64,000 bases of DNA from an uncultured cyanobacterium (GCA_963740315.1 CAVUDP010000002.1:2624001-2688000), one strand, 5' to 3'; positions 1 through 11,260 are shown, numbered from the stretch's first letter. Notes: generated by a model not told the origin, from the sequence alone. Translations and numbers: made by a program.

Positions 1-535
1 CTTCAGCTTGAGACAGGTTTTGTTGCTCTTGAGTGCTAGCTGTCAACTCTACTTGCTTCTTGAGCAGTTCTAATTGCGATACCTGATTTTCTAATCCCGC
101 AAGCTTTTCTTTTGTCCTTTCTAGCTCAGGCTTAACTGTATCGTTATCTAGTTCTAAAAGAATTTGTCCGGCTCTTACTTTGTCTCCTTCTTTTACCTTC
201 ACAGCAGTTACACTACCGCCAGTAATGCTGTCTAATTTGCGAATCGATCCTAACGGTTCTATCCGTCCGATCGCGCTACCAGTTTCATCAACAGTAGATA
301 CCATCGACCAAGGTATTGCAACAGCGATAAATCCGACGAAAACATAGAGCAAAGAACGACTCCAAACTTTTGGTAAAGCATCGAGTAATTCCTCCGTGCC
401 GTAGTGCAGTTTTTCGGAATCATCTACAACTTCTGCCTCGGATTGTTGCTCCGTAAATTCCTCATAGGGAGGCGGAGTATAAAATTGATATTCATCCCTC
501 GCCAGAGATGATGAATTGTGATGTGTGTACGGCAT
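1..535 (-). CDS. HlyD-family secretion adaptor (membrane fusion protein), 5' part; runs off the window
   Basis: Manual translation from ATG at 535: MPYTHHNS...TEELLDALPKVWSRSLLYVFVGFIAVAIPWSMVSTVDETGSAIGRIEPLG...VKVKEGDKVRAGQILLELD (TM segment plus lipoyl half-motif); lies directly downstream of a peptidase ABC transporter. Confidence 0.9.
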   Translation of the reverse strand, partial: MPYTHHNSSSLARDEYQFYTPPPYEEFTEQQSEAEVVDDSEKLHYGTEELLDALPKVWSRSLLYVFVGFIAVAIPWSMVSTVDETGSAIGRIEPLGSIRKLDSITGGSVTAVKVKEGDKVRAGQILLELDNDTVKPELERTKEKLAGLENQVSQLELLKKQVELTASTQEQQNLSQAE

Positions 536-660
536 AATCAGTTACCAATTATCAATTATCAGTTAAGAGTTAGGAATTTTAGATTTTAGATTTTAGATTT
601 TGGATTATAAATTCTCCCCATCTCCCCATCTCCCCCTCTACCCCCTCTCCCCAAATCCAT

Positions 661-3600
661 CTACCCCACATTTGCTAATTGCTGCTGGTTCAAATAGTAG
701 TAATGTCCTTTTTGGGCGATTAATTCGTCGTGAGTACCGCTTTCAATCAATATGCCTTTGTCTAAAACTAAGATTAAATCGGCATTACGTACTGTAGAAA
801 GACGGTGAGCAATAATTAAACTAGTACGCCCTTTAAGAATTGTTTTTAAATTGTTTTGAATTATGCGTTCGGTTTCAGCATCCAAACTACTGGTTGCTTC
901 GTCAAATATTAGCAATTGAGGATTACCCAACAAAGCACGGGCAATTACTAAGCGTTGGCGCTGTCCTCCAGATAACATTCCCCCAGCTTCACCGATTTCG
1001 TTTTCGTAACCCATCGGTAATTGCTGGATAAATTCATCGGCTCCAGCCAAACGCGCTGCTTCTGTAATTTGTTCTAAAGCAGCTTCAGGATGAGCAACAC
1101 TAATGTTTTCGCGGATAGTGCCGCCAAATAAGAAAGTATTTTGATCTACTACACCTACTTGACGACGCAAAGATTTTAAGGAAATTTTAGATACATCTTG
1201 ACCATCAATCAAGACTTTTCCATCCGTCGGAGGATATAAACCCAACATCAGTTTTGACAGGGTAGTTTTTCCAGAGCCGCTACGCCCAACTACTGCGATC
1301 GTTTGCTCTGGTAGAATTTCAAAGCTGAGATTTTCTAAAACGTTAATTTCGCTTTCTGGATGATAGCGGAATGTAACATTATCAAAGCGAATATGTCCGC
1401 GAAGTTTAGATATATGTCTGCGGGGGGATGCGAGTAAATTTTCTTCCGGTTCGGCTTCTAAGACATCGTTAATGCGTTCGGTAGAAATTATAATTTCCTG
1501 GAATTGATTCCATACTCCCGAAAGTCGCTTGAAAGGACTGATAACATTGCCTTTCAACATATTGAAAGCAATTAACTGTCCGATGGTGAGTTGGTTATCA
1601 ATTACCAAATAAGCGCCAAACCACAACAATGCCGTACTGCTGATGGTATCGATGCTGCCGCTAATAATTTGCAAGCGAGTACCAATTATCTGCGCTCGAA
1701 AGCTTTTTTTAATGACATTATTTAACAATTCCTCCCATTTCCAACGCACTGTATGTTCGATCGCCATACTCCGCACCGAACGAATACCCGTCAGCGATTG
1801 AATTAAATAGCTATTTTGTTCGGCACTAGCGTTAAAAATCTCTCTCGACATTTTGCGGAGAATGCTGGTACTCGCAAATGCCAAAATAAAAAATGGCGGC
1901 ACTATCAAAAGTACTAACAGTGTTAGCTGCCAGTTGTACCAAAACATCACGGCTAAATAAACAACTATCGTAATTAAATCGAGAATTATCGAAAGTGTTT
2001 CGCCAGTCAGAAAACTCTGAATCTTGCTATTTTCTTGAATCCGGGAAGTTATATCGCCGACGTAACGCGACTCAAAGTAAGACAGAGGCAAGCTAAAAGT
2101 ATGTTTGAGAAACCCTACGAGCATCGCAACGCTAATCCGGTTGGCAGTGTGAAATAATAAATATTGCCGCACCGCACTAACCGCGATACTGAAGAAACCA
2201 AAGATTAATAACCCCAAACCGATGGCATTTAGAGTAGATATACTACCTTGGACAATTACTTTGTCTAATAACATCTGCGTAAATAGCGGCGTTATCAAAC
2301 CAAATACTTGCAGTAATATCGAAGCCATGAATACTTCAAACAGTATCTTAGAATGGGGTTTAATTAATTCATAAAACCTCCAAACGCTTCCTGTCTCTTC
2401 TTTCGTTTCTTTTAGACCAAGTGTCGGTTGTAACAGCAATGCATAACCAGTCCACTTTTCTTTAAACTCACCATGAGGAATTTTACGCTGTCCGATCGCA
2501 GGATCGCAAACTATGACGTGTTTTCGATCGATCTCGTAGACAACGATGTAATGGTTGCCTTCCCAGTGAACGATTGCCGGTAAAGACTGTTCCCCCAACT
2601 TATCAAAGCTAGCTTTCACGGGTTTGCTGGCGAAGCCGATACTTTCAGCAGCAGCAGCCAAACTCCGTAAAGATGCGCCGTTGCGGCTAACATTGGCGAT
2701 ATCCCGCACCCGATTCACAGCTAACCGTTTACCCCAATGTCTGGCAATCATTACCAAACAAGCGCAGCCGCAATCGGAAGCGCTTTGTTGAGCATAAAAA
2801 GGATATTGCTTGCTGAAGTTTTCCCATACCTGCTTCGCCCTAACTTTGGGGCTGGGGAAGTAAGGTTTTGTTTTTTGCTTTTGGGTTGAAGGGGAAGGGA
2901 ATGGAATAATTTTGCGATCGCTCGAATGCCGCTCGGTTTGAGGGAATATCTTATTAATCTGTTTCCTAGAGCGAACTTCACGGGGAGAGATTTGCTCTGA
3001 TGGGTTAATCCACCTTACCAACTCATTCCACTCTTCAAGAGCTACTTGTAAATTAGAACTCTTGAGACTATAGACAATAGTTGGTTGAGTTACTTCCCAT
3101 TTCCCATTGGTATCTGTATAGATATTCCCTGGAGTCATCCGATTTGCATCATTTTTTAATTCCCCTTGTCGCAACAGCAGTAATTGATTATCTTCAAATA
3201 CCTCAAGAGTGCTTTCCCCAGGCACAAAACGGTACCGCTCAAATAAACAGACAGCTTTGAATATTTCTTCTGTAGAGCAACTGCGCGAGATTTGAGAATT
3301 CTGACGACACAGCAGCAAGACATCCCAAAATTCCGCACGTCTGTAAAGGCTCACGCGAATTTGAGGATGCTTTTCCATTAACTCATATAACGCTTCACCG
3401 CTGATAAAACAAAGTTTTAAGGAAGTTGAAGCCCTTGCAGCCAAATTAATAAAATTATCTTCGCCGAATAAACTCTGCTCGCCAAAGGATGCACCGCTTT
3501 CAACAGTTGCGATTAAATTATCCAAACCATCCAAAAGTCTAGCTTTACCCGCAAGCACAATATAAATACCAGGTTTTGCTTCAGGCGATCGCCAAAATAG

Positions 3601-3726
3601 TTTTGCGGCTTTTGGTTCGATTATTTCTACATCCTTCAAGCAGCCTTGTATCTCTGGCTCTGTAAGGCTTGCATCCAAAGTCGCGATGATTTCGAGGCAC
3701 AGCTTTTGGGATAATACATTTTGCAT
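661..3726 (-). CDS. C39 peptidase-containing ABC exporter (PCAT) with N-terminal cNMP-binding-like domain
   Basis: QQSASDCG and HWEGNHY/DPAIG (C39); TM domain; [25 protein letters not shown] and IIAHR all intact. Confidence 0.95.
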   Translation of the reverse strand: MQNVLSQKLCLEIIATLDASLTEPEIQGCLKDVEIIEPKAAKLFWRSPEAKPGIYIVLAGKARLLDGLDNLIATVESGASFGEQSLFGEDNFINLAARASTSLKLCFISGEALYELMEKHPQIRVSLYRRAEFWDVLLLCRQNSQISRSCSTEEIFKAVCLFERYRFVPGESTLEVFEDNQLLLLRQGELKNDANRMTPGNIYTDTNGKWEVTQPTIVYSLKSSNLQVALEEWNELVRWINPSEQISPREVRSRKQINKIFPQTERHSSDRKIIPFPSPSTQKQKTKPYFPSPKVRAKQVWENFSKQYPFYAQQSASDCGCACLVMIARHWGKRLAVNRVRDIANVSRNGASLRSLAAAAESIGFASKPVKASFDKLGEQSLPAIVHWEGNHYIVVYEIDRKHVIVCDPAIGQRKIPHGEFKEKWTGYALLLQPTLGLKETKEETGSVWRFYELIKPHSKILFEVFMASILLQVFGLITPLFTQMLLDKVIVQGSISTLNAIGLGLLIFGFFSIAVSAVRQYLLFHTANRISVAMLVGFLKHTFSLPLSYFESRYVGDITSRIQENSKIQSFLTGETLSIILDLITIVVYLAVMFWYNWQLTLLVLLIVPPFFILAFASTSILRKMSREIFNASAEQNSYLIQSLTGIRSVRSMAIEHTVRWKWEELLNNVIKKSFRAQIIGTRLQIISGSIDTISSTALLWFGAYLVIDNQLTIGQLIAFNMLKGNVISPFKRLSGVWNQFQEIIISTERINDVLEAEPEENLLASPRRHISKLRGHIRFDNVTFRYHPESEINVLENLSFEILPEQTIAVVGRSGSGKTTLSKLMLGLYPPTDGKVLIDGQDVSKISLKSLRRQVGVVDQNTFLFGGTIRENISVAHPEAALEQITEAARLAGADEFIQQLPMGYENEIGEAGGMLSGGQRQRLVIARALLGNPQLLIFDEATSSLDAETERIIQNNLKTILKGRTSLIIAHRLSTVRNADLILVLDKGILIESGTHDELIAQKGHYYYLNQQQLANVG

Positions 3727-3731
3727 TATTC

Positions 3732-4166
3732 CTATACCTCTGCTGCTTTAATTGTGAGTCTGTAAGAATTTAAATGACTGATGGAGATACTAAGCGATTT
3801 ATTTGCTTGCAGCTCCAAATTGCTACTAAACGAAGCCAACATTTTCTTTAGTCGCCGAATATACTCACTCCTTAGCATTTTGAATCTACCAGTTAAAGGT
3901 TGATACCATTCATAAAATAGAGTAGCACGCGCTAAAACATTCCAATAAAGCGATTTTTGCTGAAAAAATGCTAATTTTAGACGGATTTGACCATGAAACC
4001 TATTCATACCCGCCAGCAACATCATTTCAAATTGCCAAAAACGTCTTAACAACGAAGCGGCTGGTAAGATTTTTCTCGGTTTTTTTACCTTAAAAATACT
4101 TAGTATTAAGCATTGCGCGGAATTATATCCCGCAAAAAGTTGTACGAAACCAAATTGATGTGACAT
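3732..4166 (-). CDS. hypothetical protein (144 aa, basic)
   Basis: ATG-started ORF ending 5 bp before the PCAT start; no recognisable family. Confidence 0.35.
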   Translation of the reverse strand: MSHQFGFVQLFAGYNSAQCLILSIFKVKKPRKILPAASLLRRFWQFEMMLLAGMNRFHGQIRLKLAFFQQKSLYWNVLARATLFYEWYQPLTGRFKMLRSEYIRRLKKMLASFSSNLELQANKSLSISISHLNSYRLTIKAAEV

Positions 4167-6035
4167 AATTTTATAGGTTGCCGTTAATGGTGACGCATTG
4201 CTGTAGGTTAAAGCCCCGCCAAGGTTCTACAGCTTTGATTAATTAGCCTTACTAGCTAGTTTGTCTGCAATGTGCAACTAACCTTGGGAGCTTTTCCCCT
4301 AGCCGTACAAAAGTCTAGGGGAATTATCCTTGGGTTGTTACTATGGAGTATCATAAACTTTTTTCCTCAAATAAATCTCCTTGTTATAAGTAATAAATTG
4401 GCAGATGAAAGAATTTTTCGTAATGCATAGAAATTGCTGCATTAATGCTTCGGCTGACTATCTTTATTATTAAACTTTATCCTCAGAACTTTTTCTCTTA
4501 TAATTTAACCAAAAAAAAAGCTTGTAATTATTAAAAGCTGTTAAGTTAACTTTTAATAAGAAGGCTCTTAACCCTTATCTTCCAGTTTTTCTTCAGATTA
4601 AATTTAGCAATCTTAACCATTTCAACCTCCCCTACATTATTATGGATACTATTTTTTTCGTTTATGCACTATTTGATAATTTGCTCAAATTCTCTTCTAT
4701 ACCAATCTGTAAACAAAGTCTGATATCTATATTTCACAGACTAAGTTAATTTTCAGAGTTGCGAATAAAACTTAACTTTGGTTAAGAAATAGTTATCAAA
4801 TATCCAAAAAGCCACTACGAAGAACTAGTAAATAGCTCGATCGTAGTTAACTACAATCGTAGACATTCAATTAATACAAAATCAGCTATAGATTGCCATC
4901 AAGCTACTTCAGGCATTTACATCCATTGTTTCTGACTATCAGGAAAGACAGCAGGTTTGCAAATAAATGTGAAATTACATTCACATTTTACTTTACTTCT
5001 ACTGAATTTCAAATACGATTAGTCAAAGTTAAAACGCTACAAATGTAAGCAATTTATTTTTTCTGGATGCTATACATTTTATACCGCAAAGCAATGTTTT
5101 TATTAGATGACGATAAAATTTACAAATATTTACGGTTTGAAGCCATAAATATGCGCCATCTATAGATTAAGGAAAATGAGTCTTTACTAAAGCCTGTCAA
5201 TAGAGATTATATGTTTCATGACCTACTATCATTAGCGAACTGCGTAAAAAACAGTTTTTTCACTTAATAGTAGTTTTTCGCACCTTTTATGAAACCAAGA
5301 TACTTTTAATAAATTATCAAACCTCATGTCAAGAGTTTATCATCAAAAATAGCAGTCATCATAAAGAAAACACAGTATCTTCACAAAAACTTTAAAATAC
5401 AGCCATTTTTTACCGAAAACTAAGCGGCTGGCTTCGCTAATTAATTACTTGAATTATAAAAACAATAGACAATAAATTAGATAAATACTTATAACTAATT
5501 TCCAAAATCGATAGACTAAAATAATGTTTATTTTATTCTGGTCAGATAAAAATGAGATCAATTTCTATATTATTGACATCTGTCAAAAGTAAGAATATCC
5601 GAAATTCAAATCATATCGTAACTTACATCTGCCATAAGTAGTAAGTTAGCGAAAGTTATCAAAAATCCTTTTAGCTAGTTTTGTATGTATTTATATAAAT
5701 ATACGAAAAGTAAGTTTTGTCCTATTGATTAATATCTATACTTGTCATCACAAAATACTTCATATATATATACAATCGCTTATGAGATTTTTGAGGCTGC
5801 ATTATATACTTTTTTCCCATCAAAATGCAGATGTATAAAATGTATTGCATATATACATTAAATAAAACTGTAGTCTAAATTTCAAAGTGTATTTATGCAA
5901 CGTTTACCTAATTCTAGTTTTTCTAAATTAGTATTATTGCTTAAGCGGTTGTATTTTAATAATCCCAACTGCGATCGCTAATTTACTAACCCCGCTAAGC
6001 TGTCGCCAGCCTGTTTGATTTCTGTTTTTAATACA

Positions 6036-6290
6036 TCAGAGTCTTTTTTTCACGATTAAGTCATCGTGAGTTCCCCTTTCTATTAATATTCCTTTATCTA
6101 AAACTAGGATTAAATCAGCATTGCGTACTGTAGAAAGACGATGGGCAATAATCAGGCTAGTACGTCCTTTCAAAATAGTCTTAAGATTATTCTGAATAAT
6201 CCTTTCCGATTCAGCATCTAAACTGCTAGTAGCTTCATCAAAAATCAATAACCTGGGATTACCTACTAAAGCACGAGCGTAAGCGAGCAA
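6036..6290 (-). pseudogene. C-terminal remnant of a paralogous peptidase ABC transporter
   Basis: Peptide almost identical to the last ~80 aa of the 661-3726 protein ([43 protein letters not shown]); no Walker A or TM part upstream. Confidence 0.85.
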
Positions 6291-6573
6291 TTAAGCTGTT
6301 TTAGCCTTCTTCCGCCTAATAGTAAATTTACTTATGTCTTGTCGAGATTTTGTGAGCGAAGAAAAATTTTTACAGTAAGTTTATCATCATGAGGATTAGA
6401 CTTTACTAAGTCTCGCCTTGGCTGGATTTTAGAAGTTATGTGAACGAAAAAATTAACTTTGAAGATAATGCCAAATAAATACAGTGCTTAATTAATTTTT
6501 GTTAAAAATATATATTAATAAAAAGTAACAAGACTTAAATAACTGCTCGCCATCGAAATAGGTTTGACTTACT

Positions 6574-7323
6574 TCATGTTGTGCTAAGCTCAAAATTGTA
6601 ATACATATAATCCACTTCAGTATCTAACCATTGTTGAAACATATTATAAAGAATTTCTTCGTATCGCTTGGGTGTTAGTTCTGCGGGTATATAATCTTCA
6701 ACTATAAACAAATGATACCCATATTCGGTTTTTATCGGACCAACTAGTTGTTTTAGTGGCGCACTAAATACAAGATTTGCAATTTCTGGTAAGATAGCCC
6801 ATCGGTAAACTGTTCCTTCGTATCCACATTTATATCTACGTTTCTCATCAATATCATGAACGCGAGCTGCTTGGTAAAAGCTGATTTCACATTCTTCAAT
6901 CTGATAGTACAATTCTTGAGCTAACTTTTCATACTTTACAACAAATTGATATAGCACAACTTGCTCAAACTCCAAGCGATTTTGGAGAAAAAACTGTTCT
7001 GCTTCCTTTGCAAATAATGAAACGGCTAACTTTTTTCTCAGCAAACGGCTGCGAATTCCCATTTCCCAATCTAAGGGAGCTAGCATTTGTTGCTCAAGCC
7101 ATCTAACTGTATCGCTAGCTTTTTCCAAACGCTTTTCTCTTCGTTGACGGTTTGCTTCAATCTCAATTTCTTCTGTTGTAACGTTTATACCTTTTTCTTG
7201 AGCCGCTTTTTCAATTAGCCTTTGATATAAAATATGGATACATATTTCTTTTAATTTGATTTCGCTTTTGAGATAGTTAACAATTTCTTCCGGTTCCATA
7301 ACTAATTTTGAAGGGTTATTCAT
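6574..7323 (-). CDS. peptidylprolyl isomerase (parvulin/PpiC-type) of cyanobacterial PCAT clusters
   Basis: EQVVLYQFVV...LAQELYYQIEECEISFYQAA...GPIKTEYGYHLFIVE rotamase pattern; typical gene context. Confidence 0.85.
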   Translation of the reverse strand: MNNPSKLVMEPEEIVNYLKSEIKLKEICIHILYQRLIEKAAQEKGINVTTEEIEIEANRQRREKRLEKASDTVRWLEQQMLAPLDWEMGIRSRLLRKKLAVSLFAKEAEQFFLQNRLEFEQVVLYQFVVKYEKLAQELYYQIEECEISFYQAARVHDIDEKRRYKCGYEGTVYRWAILPEIANLVFSAPLKQLVGPIKTEYGYHLFIVEDYIPAELTPKRYEEILYNMFQQWLDTEVDYMYYNFELSTT

Positions 7324-7996
7324 AAGTAATTGTTATAAGAATAAATGACGACACATAGTTTTGAGTTTTATAATAAATATAAGATTTTATATAGATGCTT
7401 TAAGTAATAACCCCATATAATTAAGCAATATAGAAGACTTGCGTTCAAAGTTAAGTAAAATCACTTTGTCACATAAATTTTGTTATTAGTGCCAATATCT
7501 GAATTTTACTAAATGCTCGAACTCAAAGTAAACATACTGCCTTATAATCGCGGCTCATCCTGTATCAGATGCTTCATTTTATCAAGTTTCCTGAATAAAT
7601 TAGTTAATAGCTGTTATAAAAATAGCTTCTCTCAAGTTTGTATCTCAAATTAAAAGAATAACAATTGTAGAAAATACTGAAATATATATATAAATATAAT
7701 TTGATTAATGTTAAAGTTCGTGTGGTGCAGCCATAATTACTACTTTAGATAGGGAACACCGGAATTTGGAACAGGGAATAGAAAATAAATATACTGAGTT
7801 TTTAAGCGTTTCGGGGATATTACGCTCTCCTTAGTTCAATTCCTATGTAGAAATCCGGTTTAATTGTTAAAGAAAATTAGGTATTGGCAGGAGATGCAAA
7901 AAAACCTATAGATATTTCTCTTGCTTGATAACCGTTATTTTAACGTGCAGCGCTGTCGCGAATATACCCGGCGTAGCGCCTAAGTCGATAATACCG

Positions 7997-8032
7997 AAAA
8001 AAACTGGAAGCTAATTATTCTTAGCTTCCAGT
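7997..8032 (-). terminator. intrinsic terminator-like hairpin with no annotated gene directly upstream
   Basis: 12-bp perfect stem ACTGGAAGCTAA/TTAGCTTCCAGT, 6-nt loop, T-run on the minus strand. Confidence 0.65.
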
Positions 8033-8928
8033 AATTGAGAGTATAAATTATCAGTATATTTCAGGAGAAATAATCCACCAAAAGTAGGATTGCTATAATC
8101 ACCGTTCACCCTCATAACTAAGGCTCAGGTGTAATTTATCACTTAAATTAAGGATATAGACATAAATCTTTTGATTGATAAAAATGTTTCAATTGTTACG
8201 TATTCATTTTCCGCCAAGCTAATAAGTTTTAAAACTTTTTCGCTTTAGTTTAAGGAAGTTTTGTAATAGCTTTCATGCTTTGCCGGGGGAGGTAAAAGCA
8301 TAATTAAATTAGATTGGGGAAATTCGCCGCTCTAAATTCGCTTCGGCTTCCTTGAAAAAAGAACCACCATAGTAACTCTAAACCATAGATATCAGCCAAT
8401 AAGTTATGTGCCCCGATATTTGATTGCCTGCTCAATCAAATTAATTTGTTTTAGTTTAAAAATTAATCATTGTTTTTACCTCACTTTTTAGACTTATTTT
8501 TAACCACTTTTATTGTTGCTATTTATAATTTAGTGTATAAAAAAGGATATTATTTGCCAAAATGGCATATTTATTTCAAAGTAATTATGAATCAATATCT
8601 ACAAAAAACTAGTTATTTACAAAATATATATATATTAAAATTACTTTCAAATATCTATCTTTAGATGGTAGTAACAAATCGTTCGTGTATAGTAAAAACT
8701 CTATTTTTTTTGTCGTTCCATTCTCATCAATTTAGACCAGAATATTTTCCCAAACTACAATACTGCGGCTGTTAAAGAACAAATATTTTTTTCTCATAGT
8801 CTGTCTCATTAGCGATCGCGAATGTTCAGCGAGTGAGGGACATAAAGGGATCGTCAGTTAGATCGAACCTGGCGGATCGACACCTATCAACTGATTCCCC
8901 GTCCCCTAGTAGTTGATTGCATTAATTC

Positions 8929-9008
8929 TGATAGGTTTGTAGTAAGGGCATCGGTTCCCCAAATCCGGAGCGAAGAGTGCGCTTACTACGAACCTTTTTT
9001 ACCTATCA
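8929..9008. repeat. REP-like (GTAG-type) palindromic dispersed element
   Basis: GTAGTAAG...CTTACTAC inverted arms nested in TGATAGGT...ACCTATCA. Confidence 0.5.
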
Positions 9009-9243
9009 AAACTAATGGGACAAAGCACTAGCTACGAGTTATTTATAAATCAAAACGTAGCCCTATATGTTTGTTGCATAAGTCCTAACTATAATTAAAC
9101 TCTTATTTTATTAAAATCTTGATATTTATTGTTTGAATTTGAAAAGAAGAGTGCTATAATATAGAACCCTACAAAAAAAACAATTCAAGCTCTAAAGATT
9201 TTATGAAGTAAAACCGATCGCTTCTACTCGTATCTAATAGTAA

Positions 9244-9273
9244 AACCTGTCATACAGATAATTATGACAGGTT
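9244..9273 (-). terminator. hairpin downstream of hetP
   Basis: 11-bp stem AACCTGTCATA/TATGACAGGTT, ~55 bp after the hetP stop. Confidence 0.6.
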
Positions 9274-9327
9274 ATAGATAACGGTTAGGAATGCTGAAAA
9301 AATATTCTCAGCATACAGATTAAGTTT

Positions 9328-9798
9328 TTAATTAAACTCACAAAAGTTAAAAGAAAAGTCTCGCTTTTCTTCGGGCTTGAAATCGGACTTCATTGATTGA
9401 TACTCGCGAACTTGAGTTTCAAGCCATCTGTCAAGATTCGCGCCGCCACGAATTTCTGTTTTCTGTTTGCCAACTACTTCCAGATAAGCTAAGTCTTTAA
9501 TTTTATTTAAACAACTTGGCGACATATTGCTATCTTTTCTTTTGTTAGGAGTTTGCTTGGCTATCTTGATATTTTCATTCTGTTGCGGTTTTGATTTTTT
9601 AGGAGAATGTTCTTTAATCAATCTGTTGTAAGTGCGGTAGGGAATGTAATGTAGAGGATTGTAACCAGCAAAACGAAGCATCAAAACACAAGCCCAAGAA
9701 TACTTCCCCGCTAGAATTGCCTCAACTACTTGATCGAATTGTTCGGTATGTATTGTCTTATCTAAATTGCCACTAATGCCTATTGCGTCTTGATTCAT
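9328..9798 (-). CDS. hetP: heterocyst differentiation/commitment protein HetP
   Basis: [41 protein letters not shown] signature plus C-terminal [17 protein letters not shown] as in full-length HetP; downstream of the hetC-like gene. Confidence 0.93.
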   Translation of the reverse strand: MNQDAIGISGNLDKTIHTEQFDQVVEAILAGKYSWACVLMLRFAGYNPLHYIPYRTYNRLIKEHSPKKSKPQQNENIKIAKQTPNKRKDSNMSPSCLNKIKDLAYLEVVGKQKTEIRGGANLDRWLETQVREYQSMKSDFKPEEKRDFSFNFCEFN

Positions 9799-9972
9799 GG
9801 TGTTGGTTGTCTTGAATTAACTAAAAGCCTCTAGACGGTTATTTGCGAAGAAAGATAATTATGCCTCAGTTTCATTGTTGTTAAAGGAGCATCCGAACAA
9901 AAATTTGGTGACTTATAATGAATGCATCAACTGTATTATTTGCGATTAATAAGACAGTTTGCTTGTTATTAG

Positions 9973-10944
9973 TCATGTAATTAATTGCTTTTTGCCCTCC
10001 AATAGCAATTTGACTTGATAAGCCCCAGCTAATTTCCGCTTGATTCGCGTATCGTAGATAGAAACGACTTTCCTACACATGAACTCACAATAGCGATCGC
10101 CAATTCGTGCAAGTTTGATTTGAACCTTATCCTCATTGTTGAAAATATTTACTTGCCGGGATGGCAAATTGGTTAGTAAAACAGCAGGTTTATTGTAGAA
10201 AGCTTTTTTATCCCTGGTTTTCACTTGTTTTTGTAAAACAACTTCAGGCAATATCAATTTACAAGCTTCTACAACCCATAACCATATTTTCTTTTTTTTG
10301 ATTCTCCCTATTGCGAAAATCATCATCAAAATGATGCAAGCCTTTAAGACTAAATAAGAAAGTGCCTTTAACTGACACCTTGCACTATTCTCGATCGGAC
10401 TCAAGAAACCCGGTTTATTTTCGTAAAAACTTGATTTTATGGTTGTACGATCGCTTTGAAATCGGTAATAGGATAGAGGTGCAAGAGCTAAATTCAGTGG
10501 TTTGCACAATAAAAAAGGCAATAATACACGTAAAAAACCCGTGTTTTCAACTGCTGCCCTAAATAGTCGTAAGGTACTACTACCTAATTTTTTATTTGGC
10601 GTATTTAGAAAAGCCTCTATTAGTGAGGCGAAACTCACTCTCCAGATTGTTTTCTGGGGAGCTAAATGTTCGTCGGGATGCAAACTATGCTGGTTCATCC
10701 CTAAAATGCCTGACGAGCATAAAATTTTGACTGCATTTAACCTGATGATCCTTTCCATTAATTGAACCTTTGACCAAAAACCCGACTTTCCGATGATAAG
10801 TAAGGGATGGTTGCGACTACCAAAATATACAAATTTCAGTAACTGTAAGTTGGTAAGTTTACTACCATGCTTAATAAATTTACCTATGGTCATTTCATAT
10901 GACTGGTAATAAAAAATCTGCGAAAACAAACTTGGTAGAAGCAA
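9973..10944 (-). CDS. hypothetical protein (~306-323 aa, basic) between the HetR box and hetP
   Basis: Long ORF in AT-rich DNA, co-oriented with hetC/hetP; no recognisable domain; start uncertain. Confidence 0.45.
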   Translation of the reverse strand: MLLPSLFSQIFYYQSYEMTIGKFIKHGSKLTNLQLLKFVYFGSRNHPLLIIGKSGFWSKVQLMERIIRLNAVKILCSSGILGMNQHSLHPDEHLAPQKTIWRVSFASLIEAFLNTPNKKLGSSTLRLFRAAVENTGFLRVLLPFLLCKPLNLALAPLSYYRFQSDRTTIKSSFYENKPGFLSPIENSARCQLKALSYLVLKACIILMMIFAIGRIKKKKIWLWVVEACKLILPEVVLQKQVKTRDKKAFYNKPAVLLTNLPSRQVNIFNNEDKVQIKLARIGDRYCEFMCRKVVSIYDTRIKRKLAGAYQVKLLLEGKKQLIT

Positions 10945-11243
10945 TTTCGCCTTTGAAAATTTCCTAAACTCCTAATTAGATTAACTTTACCCTGATAATA
11001 TTTTGTATAAATAGAAACTATTTTACTTTAGGAGTATTTATGTGAAATTTCTTATTTTTAGTATAGCAAACAAAAATTCTTCATCTTTAATCGTTGATAA
11101 CAACATTAGTACTTATACTATTTTTTGACTCAAATGTCATCTGTCATCTTAATTAGTTTCATTCACTAAATCTACTTAATATTATTATACGAATACTTAA
11201 GTATTGTGCAACTTTAATTTTTGTCCCTTAACTATTAATTAAT

Positions 11244-11260
11244 GAGGGGTTTGACCCCCT
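11244..11260. promoter_or_regulatory. HetR-binding palindrome upstream of hetP
   Basis: GAGGGGTTTGACCCCCT (minus strand AGGGGGTCAAACCCCTCATTA) fits GGG-N5-CCC and closely resembles the Anabaena PCC 7120 hetP site as I recall it (GAGGGGTCTAACCCCTC). Confidence 0.8.

Noticed and set aside
8250..8276. Minus-strand micro-ORF MKAITKLP resembling the start of PatS
   Set aside because: Lacks the RGSGR motif; only 8 codons
8470..8664. 64-aa ORF
   Set aside because: Extremely AT-rich, TTG start, no motif; probably spurious
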